Positions 18,135 through 28,556 are shown, counted from the stretch's first letter. The stretch is 64,000 nucleotides of DNA from Candidatus Segatella mututuai (GCA_002439605.1 DJOI01000074.1:14109-78108); one strand, 5' to 3'. The notes: generated by a model from the letters alone, not told the origin. A program made the numbers and translations.

Positions 18135-19826
18135 TCAGAAAGCAAGGACGGGACGCACATGGTTCTGGAAATTATTATTACCCCACTGGCAGCTTATCCA
18201 GCCGTCATCAGAATTTGCTACCCAATACCGCATTGTGGAGCCTTTGAACTTCGAAGACGACCAAAACTTATGGTAATAGGAGAATCCGTCCCAACTGTCG
18301 ATGCCCCACATCCATTTATTCAATGCATCGGGAACATTTCCTTGGTTCGACCAGAAGAAATTATCGATGTCCGACGAGGTTTGCTGATATCCATCCGCCA
18401 AAGCCTGACAACCGCCCAGATTCTGCAGGATGTCCCACCACTGGCCGGAGGAAGGAAGATACCAGCCGGTAGTGGCCGCGGGAACAGGGCAGGCCGTGTT
18501 GTAATTATCAACAGCCTTTAATGCGGGATAATTGTCGAAGTTGCCCTCTAAACTACGGATAAGTTCACAATTGCCGTATCCGCTAATGTCCGAATAATTA
18601 TCGGATTTGGATACGCAGTCATTCAACAAATCCAAGTACCGCGATTCGTTTCTCCATATAACTTTCTCTCCTGAGTTTGCGTTTTTAATGGCCATAACCA
18701 GTCCATGCGCCTTGTTTTCACCGCCCAACTTCTCCTTTTCCTTTTTACCGATACGGCTCTTGTCCGTCTGGAACACGATGCCGATGACGGTCTTGCCCTC
18801 CTCGGGGGCGGGCTTTGGCTCGGCTATCGCCACGCTGCCGTCAGCGTAGCGCTTGCGCAGGCCGCCGTCGCTCCACGTGCCGTCGGCGTAGAAGTAGTCG
18901 CCTGCCTTCAGCTCGCCCGCCTTGAAGTGTTGCTTCACTTTCTTTGAGGCGACACTCTCCTCGCCACCTGCACTCCACATTGCACCCGTCACCTTCTGCA
19001 CGTCTATTCCGTCGGCTTTCACGGTAATGTCGTAGGCATACCGCTTGCCACCGAAATAATCAAATTTGCCGGCAGCTTCAGTGTCGGGAGTATAGGTAAA
19101 GGCCTTGTTGTCTATGCTTATTCGGACGAGCGGCTTGCCCGTCATGTCCTGTGGCGGCACCAAGGCCTCGTATTTCTTCGCTGCGGCATCGTAATAGGGC
19201 TTTATCTCGCCGTCCAACTGGTTGCCCGGTGCAACCAAGCCGGCGGTTGAGTGCGTCAGCGGGTCTCCGAAAATGGTGACGGTAGCATCCTCCAGCTCCT
19301 CTGCCGTAATGCCTTCGCCCGCCTTGAGCGTCACTTCGATTTTTGCCATGCGGTGAAGGAAACGGAGGTTTACGGCTTGGTCATAACGCCCTATGGTACT
19401 GGCGTACAGGACATCGAAAGCGGCGTACCCTTTAGTTTGGTCGGAAATATCCGTTTCTACTTCCAGGTCTGGTGTCCATGCCGAGATACGGTCCTCGGTG
19501 GTGTCCTTCCAGTAGAAGGCGTTGTCGGCATCTTTCGGGACAGCGTTGCCAGCGGCATCCATCACATATGGCCTGTTACCAAACACACCTTTCATTTCCA
19601 CTCTGATTTCCTCTCCGCCCGTCCACGTGTCCTTGCCTCCGGTGCGGGTCTGCGGCTGCGCCACCTCCGCCGTCAGTTGCAACGGATACTTGCCGTCTGG
19701 CAGGGACGTGCTGCTTTCATCCTCGCTGCTACAGGAAGCGAGTGTCCCGCAGAAGAGCATCATGACCGGCAGCCAGCCGCCGATGCGCCGCCACGGTCTT
19801 CTCTCTATGTTCCTTATCATTTTCAT
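18135..19826 (-). CDS. Fimbrillin-family lipoprotein with C-terminal lectin-like domain
   Basis: LASC lipobox, QTRT, LRFLHRMAKI, YEALVPPQ, GWYLPSSGQW, FWSSS, VRPVLAF. Confidence 0.8.
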   Translation of the reverse strand: MKMIRNIERRPWRRIGGWLPVMMLFCGTLASCSSEDESSTSLPDGKYPLQLTAEVAQPQTRTGGKDTWTGGEEIRVEMKGVFGNRPYVMDAAGNAVPKDADNAFYWKDTTEDRISAWTPDLEVETDISDQTKGYAAFDVLYASTIGRYDQAVNLRFLHRMAKIEVTLKAGEGITAEELEDATVTIFGDPLTHSTAGLVAPGNQLDGEIKPYYDAAAKKYEALVPPQDMTGKPLVRISIDNKAFTYTPDTEAAGKFDYFGGKRYAYDITVKADGIDVQKVTGAMWSAGGEESVASKKVKQHFKAGELKAGDYFYADGTWSDGGLRKRYADGSVAIAEPKPAPEEGKTVIGIVFQTDKSRIGKKEKEKLGGENKAHGLVMAIKNANSGEKVIWRNESRYLDLLNDCVSKSDNYSDISGYGNCELIRSLEGNFDNYPALKAVDNYNTACPVPAATTGWYLPSSGQWWDILQNLGGCQALADGYQQTSSDIDNFFWSNQGNVPDALNKWMWGIDSWDGFSYYHKFWSSSKFKGSTMRYWVANSDDGWISCQWGNNNFQNHVRPVLAF

Positions 19827-19888
19827 GCAGTCTTTATTAATTTCGTTTTGTGCCTACGTCCGATGCATGGCAGCGGCTTTCAGACACA

Positions 19889-20932
19889 CTACATTCTTGC
19901 ATCACCCGAATGGCTGCCCCCGTCGTTCCAGTTTTCGATGGTGCATCCACTGAGGGTCAGCCCCGTCTTCTTCACCGTGATGGTGTAGGTATAAGAATAG
20001 CCTGCCTCTAATGCGGGCTTGATCAGGTCTTTGTTGGAGTAGGTTTGTCCCTCTCCGTCATCGGGTGAAATCTCGAAGTTCAGGAAGTCAGCGAGTGTCT
20101 GCGGCAACAGAATCATGGAGAGGGTCATCACACCCGTGCTGACATCGTAGTCAGACACGCATTTATATGTGACAGTTTGTGTGGTAGGTGTGGGATACGT
20201 GGATTCGACCAGCATCCAGTCGTTTACGACAGTACCTGTAGCTGTGGCTGTTCCTGTCAACACATCGAACGTTCCCTCGTGAATCAGACCGCCCAGCTTG
20301 TAGTTGGCGAACCGCAACACACTTGGTTCAGAGAATCCGTCGGCATCCGAAACCTGCACCTTCAAGACAAGACGAGCCATCTTGTGCTTGAAAGAGCAAT
20401 CGCTGCCGCCAGCTGCGGTGTTGTCCGTGAAGCTGATGACCGGGTTGCCTTTACTCCCTTTGGCACCTGTGGCATAGATGTAGTCTATGGCTTCCTGCTT
20501 CGCCATGGTATGTTGGTTCTCCGTGTTTACCTTGATTTTCCCATTGTCGCCAGGCGGTGAGGATGCATTGTAACTTGATGCAAAAGGTGCATACGCAGCG
20601 AAGGTGAACTCGCGCGAGGCATCCTCGAAGAAAATGCCTTCTCCGACAGTTGTAGGGGTGAAGTCGGCGGATGTTCTGGTGCTTGCGGTCTGGTATTCCG
20701 CGTTCTTGTACTTTTTGCCCATGGTCGTGGACTCTCCCGGTGCATCCACCGCCATCACGCCGATGTGGTCGGCATTCCACTGATTGTCCACAGCGCGGGT
20801 TTTCGGTCCGCTCACGCCTGCCGTGATTTGTGCTTCCACCAGGTTGTTCTGTACTGCGTCCTCTTGTGTACACGCTGCCAATAGCGTTGCTGCTACTGCC
20901 AAAAAGAAAAACTTAACGTTCATCGTCATCAT
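19889..20932 (-). CDS. Fimbrillin-family structural pilin lipoprotein
   Basis: LAAC lipobox, KTRA, AAYAPF, FKHKMARL, ILLPQ, AGYSYTYTITV, terminal CTIENW. Confidence 0.82.
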   Translation of the reverse strand: MMTMNVKFFFLAVAATLLAACTQEDAVQNNLVEAQITAGVSGPKTRAVDNQWNADHIGVMAVDAPGESTTMGKKYKNAEYQTASTRTSADFTPTTVGEGIFFEDASREFTFAAYAPFASSYNASSPPGDNGKIKVNTENQHTMAKQEAIDYIYATGAKGSKGNPVISFTDNTAAGGSDCSFKHKMARLVLKVQVSDADGFSEPSVLRFANYKLGGLIHEGTFDVLTGTATATGTVVNDWMLVESTYPTPTTQTVTYKCVSDYDVSTGVMTLSMILLPQTLADFLNFEISPDDGEGQTYSNKDLIKPALEAGYSYTYTITVKKTGLTLSGCTIENWNDGGSHSGDARM

Positions 20933-20962
20933 ATTGTTTTTTGATTAATAAAATGTTTATAG

Positions 20963-21358
20963 TCAGTTAGCGTACCCTTTGCCGCTTTCTGCCTCGTTCC
21001 AGTTCGTGATGGTTGCACCTGTCACCCCGGCCTCTACTGGCAGCAGCAGATTACCCGTGAGTTTAACCAGTTTGGCACCGTTATTGAAGGCGCTCATGCC
21101 ATCGGTAAGGCCGCTCACTATCCGTTGCGTGTCTCCGTTGTTGAAAGTGATGTCCACCGTCAGCGTCTGTGCTTCCACCGGGATGATGCCAAGCAGCCGG
21201 AAAAAGATGGTAAACTTGTTGCTGTCTTGCCTGAAAGCGTTTGTCACTTGTGCCGCCGCACTACGTTCGCCTGTTGCTATATCCACAGCCGAAGCCACAC
21301 CTGAGAGCGTTGCCGTAGCCGACTGTACACGGCTGTAGTCACCTTCGGTGGCGGTCAG
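20963..21358 (-). pseudogene. C-terminal remnant of a FimB/Mfa2-like fimbrial subunit
   Basis: LTATEGDYSRV...LSGVASAVDI...FRLLGI...ATITNWNE has no signal peptide or N-terminal half. Confidence 0.6.
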
Positions 21359-21387
21359 AACAGCTGTATATAATATGTACAGGTTAC

Positions 21388-21576
21388 GTTTCTTTCGATA
21401 CACTCCAGAAGAAGCGCAAGTTCTTTGCCATTGTCATTCCATGGCACATAGAGCATGTTCTTCCGCGGCACAAAGCGGAAAGTGTAGACTGTATCGTTTT
21501 TCTGCTGCGCAAAAGTTGGAAAAACTGTCGACGACAGCCATAAAAACAAGATGGGAAATAGGATTCTTTTACTCAT
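21388..21576 (-). pseudogene. N-terminal remnant of a secreted outer-membrane protein (DUF3575/OmpA-like) typical of Bacteroidales fimbrial clusters
   Basis: Signal peptide then AQQKNDTVYTFRFVP...YVPWNDNG.EL..LLECIE; runs into non-homologous filler after about 63 aa. Confidence 0.55.
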
Positions 21577-21776
21577 TTTTTAATATGCTTTTTTAATTTC
21601 CAATCCGAAACTCAGCATGCAAAATAAGCGAAAAGATTTGGTTTCTTCCCGATTCTTTCCTATAAAAATTGTCTCAATTGTTAGAATCGCACATCTTTGT
21701 GGTTTAGAATATTTTAGTTTTGTAGCTTAGGATATTTTTTGTCGTTTAGGCTATCCCCCCTTCATAACACACTATA

Positions 21777-22904
21777 TTATTCCGCCTCTGTTTTCCTCCA
21801 TTTGACAGGGGTACAGCCCGCATGTTCCTTGAACATCCTTATAAAATGGCTTGGCGACAAGAAACCAGATTTCTCGGAGATGTCGACAACCGTCAGCCTC
21901 GGACTTTGCACAAGCAGACGTTTCGCATATTCTATACGAAGACCGGTAATCCAATTTCGGAACGACATGTCATACGTTGTTCTGATGTACTCGGACAGGT
22001 AGGTGCGGTTGGTATGGAGCATGTCAGAAAGCTCCTGTATGGTAAGGCCTGTTTGGATATAACCGTCCGCATCGATCCATCCTTTGATTTTTTTCGCAAT
22101 TTCGACATGGTAGAAGGGAGCATCCTGCTTCTGTGCCAGTTCTCGGCTTGTGGTGTCACACTGGTCTTCCTCCTCTGAAGTCATACCTTCTTCCATTGCG
22201 TTTTCCACCTGTTCGTAAAACAGAAGATAGTTCAGATAGCAAAGGAAGAGATAAATATAAAACGGTATTGATGACAAAATCCAGATATAGACGTATTCAT
22301 CGGGCAGGAATGTCAGCAGTCCACATCCCACTCCGAATATCACAGCCAAATAGGTGAAAATGGAAAGCCATTTGATATAGGCACCGATATCGTCAGCACG
22401 GGTATCATCGAAAATGCGGATGACCCTGTGATAGGTTCTGAGAAGCCTACGGGTTAGGAACAGCCCATAGCCAACCAGCCATGCGGCCAAGGCAAACATC
22501 GCCGTTGCCTGCAAACCGCCTTTGGGAAACAACAGAAGAACGATGCCGGAAAGAACGGAAAACAGGATCCATAGACAGATATGCGTCCATAACCGACGTT
22601 TGGTGATATAAAAGCTGTCAAGCAGAGTGGTGAGAGCCGAACTGAACAGCCAGTAGCACAGGAAATAGGTGGACAGGTTCATCAGGATGGCGGCATCGGC
22701 ATTCTTAAACCTAATTCCAAAAAAGAAATGTACCGAATAGTTGGCTGCAAGTAACAATATGGCTACCCCCATAATTCGCCGGGAACGCAGATAATTTCCA
22801 AAAATGGACTTTTCTGGAGTTGGAGCCAACAAAAAATAAAAGCCGAAGAATGACATCAACGGCAGCGCAACACAAAGAGAATAACTGTATATAGATGGTT
22901 CCAT
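21777..22904 (-). CDS. Membrane-anchored AraC-family transcriptional regulator
   Basis: About seven hydrophobic segments followed by AraC HTH (TNRTYLSEYI, LRIEYAKRLL, SGFLSPSHFIRMFK). ATG at 22904. Confidence 0.9.
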   Translation of the reverse strand: MEPSIYSYSLCVALPLMSFFGFYFLLAPTPEKSIFGNYLRSRRIMGVAILLLAANYSVHFFFGIRFKNADAAILMNLSTYFLCYWLFSSALTTLLDSFYITKRRLWTHICLWILFSVLSGIVLLLFPKGGLQATAMFALAAWLVGYGLFLTRRLLRTYHRVIRIFDDTRADDIGAYIKWLSIFTYLAVIFGVGCGLLTFLPDEYVYIWILSSIPFYIYLFLCYLNYLLFYEQVENAMEEGMTSEEEDQCDTTSRELAQKQDAPFYHVEIAKKIKGWIDADGYIQTGLTIQELSDMLHTNRTYLSEYIRTTYDMSFRNWITGLRIEYAKRLLVQSPRLTVVDISEKSGFLSPSHFIRMFKEHAGCTPVKWRKTEAE

Positions 22905-23201
22905 TTTACTATGCCCTAAATTCCTCAACGCTACAAAGCAATATTTTATAAGCCTCTGGCAACAAATAAGTTGCACCAGAACTTAGCCATATCAGAAATT
23001 CCACTCATCTTAGTGTAGCTACAACAGGCAAGATTCTGAATGACGTGGCAAAAATACAAATAAAATCTGAGAATCTCACCCTTTTAGAGGTTTTTTTCCC
23101 ATCATAGAACAATTTGGCACTCTTTTATTCCACAACCATAGACTATTATACATTGGGCTTACATTGCAAATTACATGACTATCAATAACATTATTCGCCT
23201 T

Positions 23202-24488
23202 TTACCGCAGTTTGCTACGATAAATGACGAACAGTACTACGCCTCGCAACAGAAGGTAGATAATAAAGGCCAACCACAGGGCATGGTTTCCCAACCATGG
23301 ATGCCAGACAAAGAAGAGCACAAAGAAGGAAAAAGAGGCGACAAAGGAAGCACAGAGCATCGACTTAGACTGGGTGATACCCACGAAGATACCATCGAAG
23401 ACGAATGCCGACATACCTGCCAAAGGGATTAGCACCGCCCACCAGAAATATTCTTCTGATGCGGCAATCACGTTCTTGTCGCTCGTCAACAACGAAAGGA
23501 AGCCCTCTCCACCTATTATATATAATAAGGTGAAAATAATTGCCACCCCGATGCCAAATATCATCGTGCGCTTCACCACTTCCCGAAATGCCACCCAGTT
23601 TTTGGCACCAAAATACTTGCCCGCCAAAGCCTCAGCAGCATAGGCGAAACCATCCATAAAATAGGAGAAGATGGTGAACATCGTCATCAGCAAGGTATTG
23701 ACTGCCAACACGATGGTACTCTCTCTGGAACCTGCCGCCGTAAAGAAGAGGTTCACTGCCACGAGGCAGAGCGTACGGAGGAAGATGTCCTTGTTCAGAG
23801 AAAAGAACCGTTTCAAAGGTTCAGCCGCAAAGAGTTTTTTGTGATAATCGTATTTTCCAAGGCGGCGGTAATAAATGCGATAGAGCGTGAGAGCCATCAA
23901 GAATCCCCACCATTGAGCTATGACCGTACCAAGCGCCACGCCTTCCACCGTCATATCGCAAGCGAAAACCAAGGTGAGCGAGGCAATGATGTTGACCACA
24001 TTCTGAGTCAACGACACCACCATAGGAATGCGTGTGTTCTGCATACCGATGTACCAGCCTGTGAATCCATAGAGTCCGAGCACGGCAGGCGCTCCCCAAA
24101 TACAGACATAGCAGTATCTGCAAGCCAGCTCCACGACATCCTCCTCCGGTGCCATCGCCCACAAGCCACACGCAATGATGACTTTCTGAAGGATGAAGAA
24201 CAGTAGTCCTATCCCCACTCCTATCGAAAGGGAACGCACCAAGAGCCTCTGCACCTCGGCAAGGTCTCTTCTGCCGAGCGCCTGCGAAGTCATTCCGCTC
24301 GTTCCCATCCTCAGGAATCCGAATAACCAATAGATGACATTAAAGAGCATCGAGCCTACGGCTATAGCCCCGATATAACTCGCATCGCCGATATGCCCCA
24401 CGATGGCGACATCCACCAAACCTAAAAGCGGCACCGTGATATTGCTGATAATCGACGGTACCGCTAATTGTAATATTCGTTTATTCAC
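23202..24488 (-). CDS. MATE-family efflux transporter (DinF-like)
   Basis: LAVPSIISNITVPLLGLVD, FLRMGTSG, RTLCL and DGFAYAAEAL; about 12 TM segments. Confidence 0.92.
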   Translation of the reverse strand: MNKRILQLAVPSIISNITVPLLGLVDVAIVGHIGDASYIGAIAVGSMLFNVIYWLFGFLRMGTSGMTSQALGRRDLAEVQRLLVRSLSIGVGIGLLFFILQKVIIACGLWAMAPEEDVVELACRYCYVCIWGAPAVLGLYGFTGWYIGMQNTRIPMVVSLTQNVVNIIASLTLVFACDMTVEGVALGTVIAQWWGFLMALTLYRIYYRRLGKYDYHKKLFAAEPLKRFFSLNKDIFLRTLCLVAVNLFFTAAGSRESTIVLAVNTLLMTMFTIFSYFMDGFAYAAEALAGKYFGAKNWVAFREVVKRTMIFGIGVAIIFTLLYIIGGEGFLSLLTSDKNVIAASEEYFWWAVLIPLAGMSAFVFDGIFVGITQSKSMLCASFVASFSFFVLFFVWHPWLGNHALWLAFIIYLLLRGVVLFVIYRSKLR

Positions 24489-24512
24489 GTTTTCAACTTA
24501 CTTTTCTTACAT

Positions 24513-26663
24513 TTATTTTGCAATCACCATCTGCTTATCAGCAAAAGCACTACAAGCATCAACCAAAGCTAACAGTTTACTCCAATTAGAGACAGGTTCC
24601 ACTCTATGAGCAAAACATTTGCGCACATACACTTTTACACATTCATTTCCTGCGCTAGCCTTAACCGTGAACTCACCGCACTCATTAACTACCGAAGTCT
24701 CTATTTTCTTCAATGCTTCTGCAGAGACCCTATATCCCTGTGGCAACGGAATCTCAATATTCCATTCATCCACAAACGCTATCTTGCGCCAGACATCATC
24801 GGCACGCACTCGGTCCTTTCCTTCCAGTTTCAAAGAAGTACCTATCAATTTTCCAACTGATAGCAAGAAATTGTTTCCTGCTTTTTTCACCAATCCATCC
24901 ATCACATAATCTATATGATAAACAAAGTTGGCACTATCCCTTCTGATACCCAAGCAATCTATACCATATCCATTGACTTGTACGGGGTCACTCTCATGAT
25001 AACCACAGACTTCTGCCTTAAACTGATCTATGTCGTTTTTCTTAAACTCATTGAAAATTCCCTTTAATTCAGCAGCTTCCTTCTTTGCATAACAAGAGTA
25101 CGGATCTTTGTCGTCGTATTTCAAATAACGCCAATAAGCTTCAAGTTGACTTGGACCAAAAAGCGTATTACCAGGACTCACCAACGACTGACCATACATC
25201 TTCTGCTCACCAGAATAAGTTACCTTCCGATTGATATCAAGTTTTGTACCATCAAGTTTAACCACTATATCATTCACCGACTTATTATCATCGGCTTGGC
25301 TCACAGGAATCGTTATTTGTTCCTCGGAATCTTGCATATACGCCTTTCTACCTTGATATATGTAAGGTATCTCGGAAGCAACCTTAGGATAAGTACCCGG
25401 GAAATAGTACTTATTAGTACCCTTTAGACGGAAGAACCAGGAGGTAGAATTATAATTGATCAGTTTATCCACTGGCAATGCACCAAACGGAGTGGTAATA
25501 CCCATCTCCAATTCTACACCCAATTTACGCAAGTAGTTAGGCACCGTATTAAAAGTTCGCTGTGAGGCTCCCTCACTAACATATTCAAAAGAATAAATAC
25601 GATCAGCTTTCTCCTCGGCAGACATCCCTTCATTTTTTGCAGACTTGAAAACACTCTTCTGCGTACTAGGAAGACCTGCAGGAGAATATCCACCCTTAGA
25701 TACATAAGTTTTCTGCAATTTCCAATCGTCTTGCAAGAAAGGAGTTGCATCGGGATTACCTCGAACACCTTTTTGGCGCATAGCCTTCTCTACTACAGCA
25801 CTCTTGGTCTTGGTTGGTGTAATATACATCTCTATGAAAGGCGACTGCTCCAAAGGATTATACCAATTGGATGGCTCTGCATCCATCGGCTTGTCTATAA
25901 CCATATCAAGGACTGCATTTTTGTCTTTGTCTGTGGTCTGGGTAAATTCAGGGGCACCATTCATCGTTCGATAAACAGTGGCTAGACTTTGGTCTAGCAC
26001 ACAGTGAACCTTGGTATAAAGGACTGGTTCGTCTTGACGAAGAACAAAAAAGAAAGGATCCAGTTGCTGTTCTTGTGTATCAATCTGATCTAAAGAAAAG
26101 ACATCAATGCAGTCGCCCACTTCCAAACCAGGCACTGCAATCTTCTGACTCAAGTCCTTGTCTTTTTTGCCTTCCTTTATATCAACATAGTCATCCAGAC
26201 TCACTTCCTGCACTGTACCATTCTTCTTAATGACACGAATGCCAAGCACTGTATTCGTCTTGTGATGATACCCCCATGTCCACTTTCTGCTTTTCGTCTT
26301 GAAAGTAAACTCAGAATAATCCTTCAACGCCTTCTTGTCATTGATTTGGATTAACATACGCTCCATATCAGTACAGTCTATCTGGCGAGTGAGACGGAGA
26401 TTGATAAATAATTCCGTCGTAGCCTTACGATAATAATCGGTGCTCAATTCTCGATAATAAGAGAGAATGACGGCCGAAGCATTCTTGTACTTGTCTGGAA
26501 CCGTGCGCTTCTGAAAGTCAGCAGGCGTACTGCTCCAAACTTCTTGCCGCACCTTTTGCGCCAACTTTAAATAATCGGCTTTCTCATCTGCATTCACAGA
26601 CAATACCAAGAGCTGCAACAATAGAATACTAAAGACAACTCGGATTACTTTTACCTTTCCCAT
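24513..26663 (-). CDS. Secreted DUF3857-domain protein (transglutaminase-like fold, no evident catalytic Cys)
   Basis: Signal peptide, SAVIL, VPGLEVGDCID, C-terminal IPLPQGY..E.L. Confidence 0.65.
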   Translation of the reverse strand: MGKVKVIRVVFSILLLQLLVLSVNADEKADYLKLAQKVRQEVWSSTPADFQKRTVPDKYKNASAVILSYYRELSTDYYRKATTELFINLRLTRQIDCTDMERMLIQINDKKALKDYSEFTFKTKSRKWTWGYHHKTNTVLGIRVIKKNGTVQEVSLDDYVDIKEGKKDKDLSQKIAVPGLEVGDCIDVFSLDQIDTQEQQLDPFFFVLRQDEPVLYTKVHCVLDQSLATVYRTMNGAPEFTQTTDKDKNAVLDMVIDKPMDAEPSNWYNPLEQSPFIEMYITPTKTKSAVVEKAMRQKGVRGNPDATPFLQDDWKLQKTYVSKGGYSPAGLPSTQKSVFKSAKNEGMSAEEKADRIYSFEYVSEGASQRTFNTVPNYLRKLGVELEMGITTPFGALPVDKLINYNSTSWFFRLKGTNKYYFPGTYPKVASEIPYIYQGRKAYMQDSEEQITIPVSQADDNKSVNDIVVKLDGTKLDINRKVTYSGEQKMYGQSLVSPGNTLFGPSQLEAYWRYLKYDDKDPYSCYAKKEAAELKGIFNEFKKNDIDQFKAEVCGYHESDPVQVNGYGIDCLGIRRDSANFVYHIDYVMDGLVKKAGNNFLLSVGKLIGTSLKLEGKDRVRADDVWRKIAFVDEWNIEIPLPQGYRVSAEALKKIETSVVNECGEFTVKASAGNECVKVYVRKCFAHRVEPVSNWSKLLALVDACSAFADKQMVIAK

Positions 26664-26699
26664 AATTCTTCTTTTTTAATTATGAATAATACATTCAAC

Positions 26700-28556
26700 T
26701 CATTTCACCTTTAACACTACTTGCTCGTTACAAGCTGTTCCCCAATCGCTGAGTATCTTGTTCCAAGTACTGATTTCGCTTCGAGGAACACGTCTATGGT
26801 GTATTACACACTCCTTATGCATCACAAGTTGATTACCCTCATGAGAATAAGTGCGACTAAAATCAACCCATGCTGTATGAATCTGATAAGGTGCAGGGAG
26901 ACTGCCAACCTCCAGTTTTTCGGGAATCAAAATCTTCACATCACGTACTTCCTTAGAGCGCAAGTCTATCATGTAATCGGAAACACGCTTGGTCGTATCC
27001 ACAGGAGCCAGAAAAAGGTTCTCGTCGAGATTGATATCCAAATAAACACTGCCATCAACCAGTTGTCCTGCTCCCTTTTTCTTAAAAGAAGCTGTGATAT
27101 TCAAAGCCTCATCCTGAGGGCGTTTTCCCATCATCTCAATATCCGCAATCTCATCCAATCGTTCCTTCACTCCCATCGCTGCCGCCATGGCTTTCTCTTT
27201 TTCATCTTGTGCTGTAGCGTCATTCCCCACTAGCACCCAAGACTTCATATCGCCCTTCCATTTAGAGCACAAATTGCCTTTTATATCGAAAATTCCATCT
27301 TCTCTAGATTCCAAAGTCGCCTGATATGTTATCGAAGAAGAGCACGCATCAGCAGTCATCTCAGGCAACTTATTCATACGAAAGCTATCTCCGTCTTCCA
27401 CCAAAGCCATCTTTCCTTGTATATTGTCCGGTACATAGCCTAGAGGAATATATGGATTCGTAGCATCTAGATAATAGGGCTTTCCTTGATAGAAAACCGT
27501 ACATATCGCATGATCGATAGATGCAATGGAAGGGGTTTCCTGCAAAGAATAAGGTACATCCCATGTCCCAATATCCGTTTGGCGTGCATCAAAGCCTTGC
27601 GCCTTGAGCAAGGTCTTGAGCAATAGAGCCATAGCCTTGCAGTCGCCATAACGCTTACGAATAGTTTCAGCAGGCGTTGCTGGTTGATGGGCGGAGATTC
27701 CTGCCTCAAAAGCCAAATATCTGATATTTCGCTGCACCCAGGCATAAGTATTAGCAATCTTATCCACATCGTTTTTCGCTCCCTTTTGTATCTCGCTAAG
27801 TATTTCTGCTTGCTGAGGAATAGAGCAATCCACATTAGCCAACTGATGAGACCATGCAAACATATCTTGCAGGCTTTGGAAAGCTCCCAAAACCAAGAGA
27901 TGAGGAGCTCTATATCCCCAAGAGGACGAATTAGGTTCAATCGACTGAGCTGGCAGAGCATGAACCACATAAGTAAAAACGGAATCTCCATCCGCATTAC
28001 ACATAGCACTTTTCTCTACACTAGCAGGAAGATTATATTCTTTTATCCGAAACTGCTGGAAGGCTTTTGGCTTGATTATCTCTATCTTCTTATGCTCTAC
28101 ATAATCTGCTTCACACAAAGGAATGGTTGTGAAATAAATAGGATCGAGATAGGTTCGAGCAAAAGAAGCTTTCAGAGTCTTACCAACTTTTGGAATCTGA
28201 TAGCTAAAGTAGCAAATCTTGGTATCATCATAAAAGACATTACGAGGAATGGCAGACTTGTATTGTGCATATCCCTTACACTGTGCTTTGTCCAAACGAA
28301 TAAATTCTCCGTAATAAGCACATGGTTGAACTAAAGCAGCATATTGGGTTACGCCATATTCATAACCCGTTGTGTTAACGACAATAGTTTTACCTGCGTC
28401 ATCAGTTTTGAAGACGTATCTATCATTACATTGCAATATATGTACATTGTCATCAGCCTTTTGAGCCGATATGGGTTGTAAAAAGGCTAAGAGCAATATC
28501 ATCATACTGCCCAAATCTGCAAGTCCGTATTGGGTTTTTTTTCTCATTTTCATCAT
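26700..28556 (-). CDS. DUF3857/transglutaminase-like domain protein
   Basis: WVQRNIRY, triad-bearing motifs YGDCKAMA, DHAIC and YYLDAT. Confidence 0.8.
   Translation of the reverse strand: MMKMRKKTQYGLADLGSMMILLLAFLQPISAQKADDNVHILQCNDRYVFKTDDAGKTIVVNTTGYEYGVTQYAALVQPCAYYGEFIRLDKAQCKGYAQYKSAIPRNVFYDDTKICYFSYQIPKVGKTLKASFARTYLDPIYFTTIPLCEADYVEHKKIEIIKPKAFQQFRIKEYNLPASVEKSAMCNADGDSVFTYVVHALPAQSIEPNSSSWGYRAPHLLVLGAFQSLQDMFAWSHQLANVDCSIPQQAEILSEIQKGAKNDVDKIANTYAWVQRNIRYLAFEAGISAHQPATPAETIRKRYGDCKAMALLLKTLLKAQGFDARQTDIGTWDVPYSLQETPSIASIDHAICTVFYQGKPYYLDATNPYIPLGYVPDNIQGKMALVEDGDSFRMNKLPEMTADACSSSITYQATLESREDGIFDIKGNLCSKWKGDMKSWVLVGNDATAQDEKEKAMAAAMGVKERLDEIADIEMMGKRPQDEALNITASFKKKGAGQLVDGSVYLDINLDENLFLAPVDTTKRVSDYMIDLRSKEVRDVKILIPEKLEVGSLPAPYQIHTAWVDFSRTYSHEGNQLVMHKECVIHHRRVPRSEISTWNKILSDWGTACNEQVVLKVK

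Larger units (their letters stand above)
16150..23100 (-). mobile_element. Probable horizontally acquired, decayed fimbrial island; boundaries approximate, no integrase
   Basis: AraC plus OM-protein/Mfa2 remnants plus three fimbrillins, lying between housekeeping genes; distinct composition by eye. Confidence 0.4.

Noticed and set aside
21364..21382. LexA SOS box or dif site
   Set aside because: Spacing is CTGT-N11-ACAG rather than N8, and there is no TTATGTTAAAT-like XerD arm.
16100..23200. Complete diversity-generating retroelement
   Set aside because: No reverse transcriptase ORF and no template repeat matching either pilin tail in the window.
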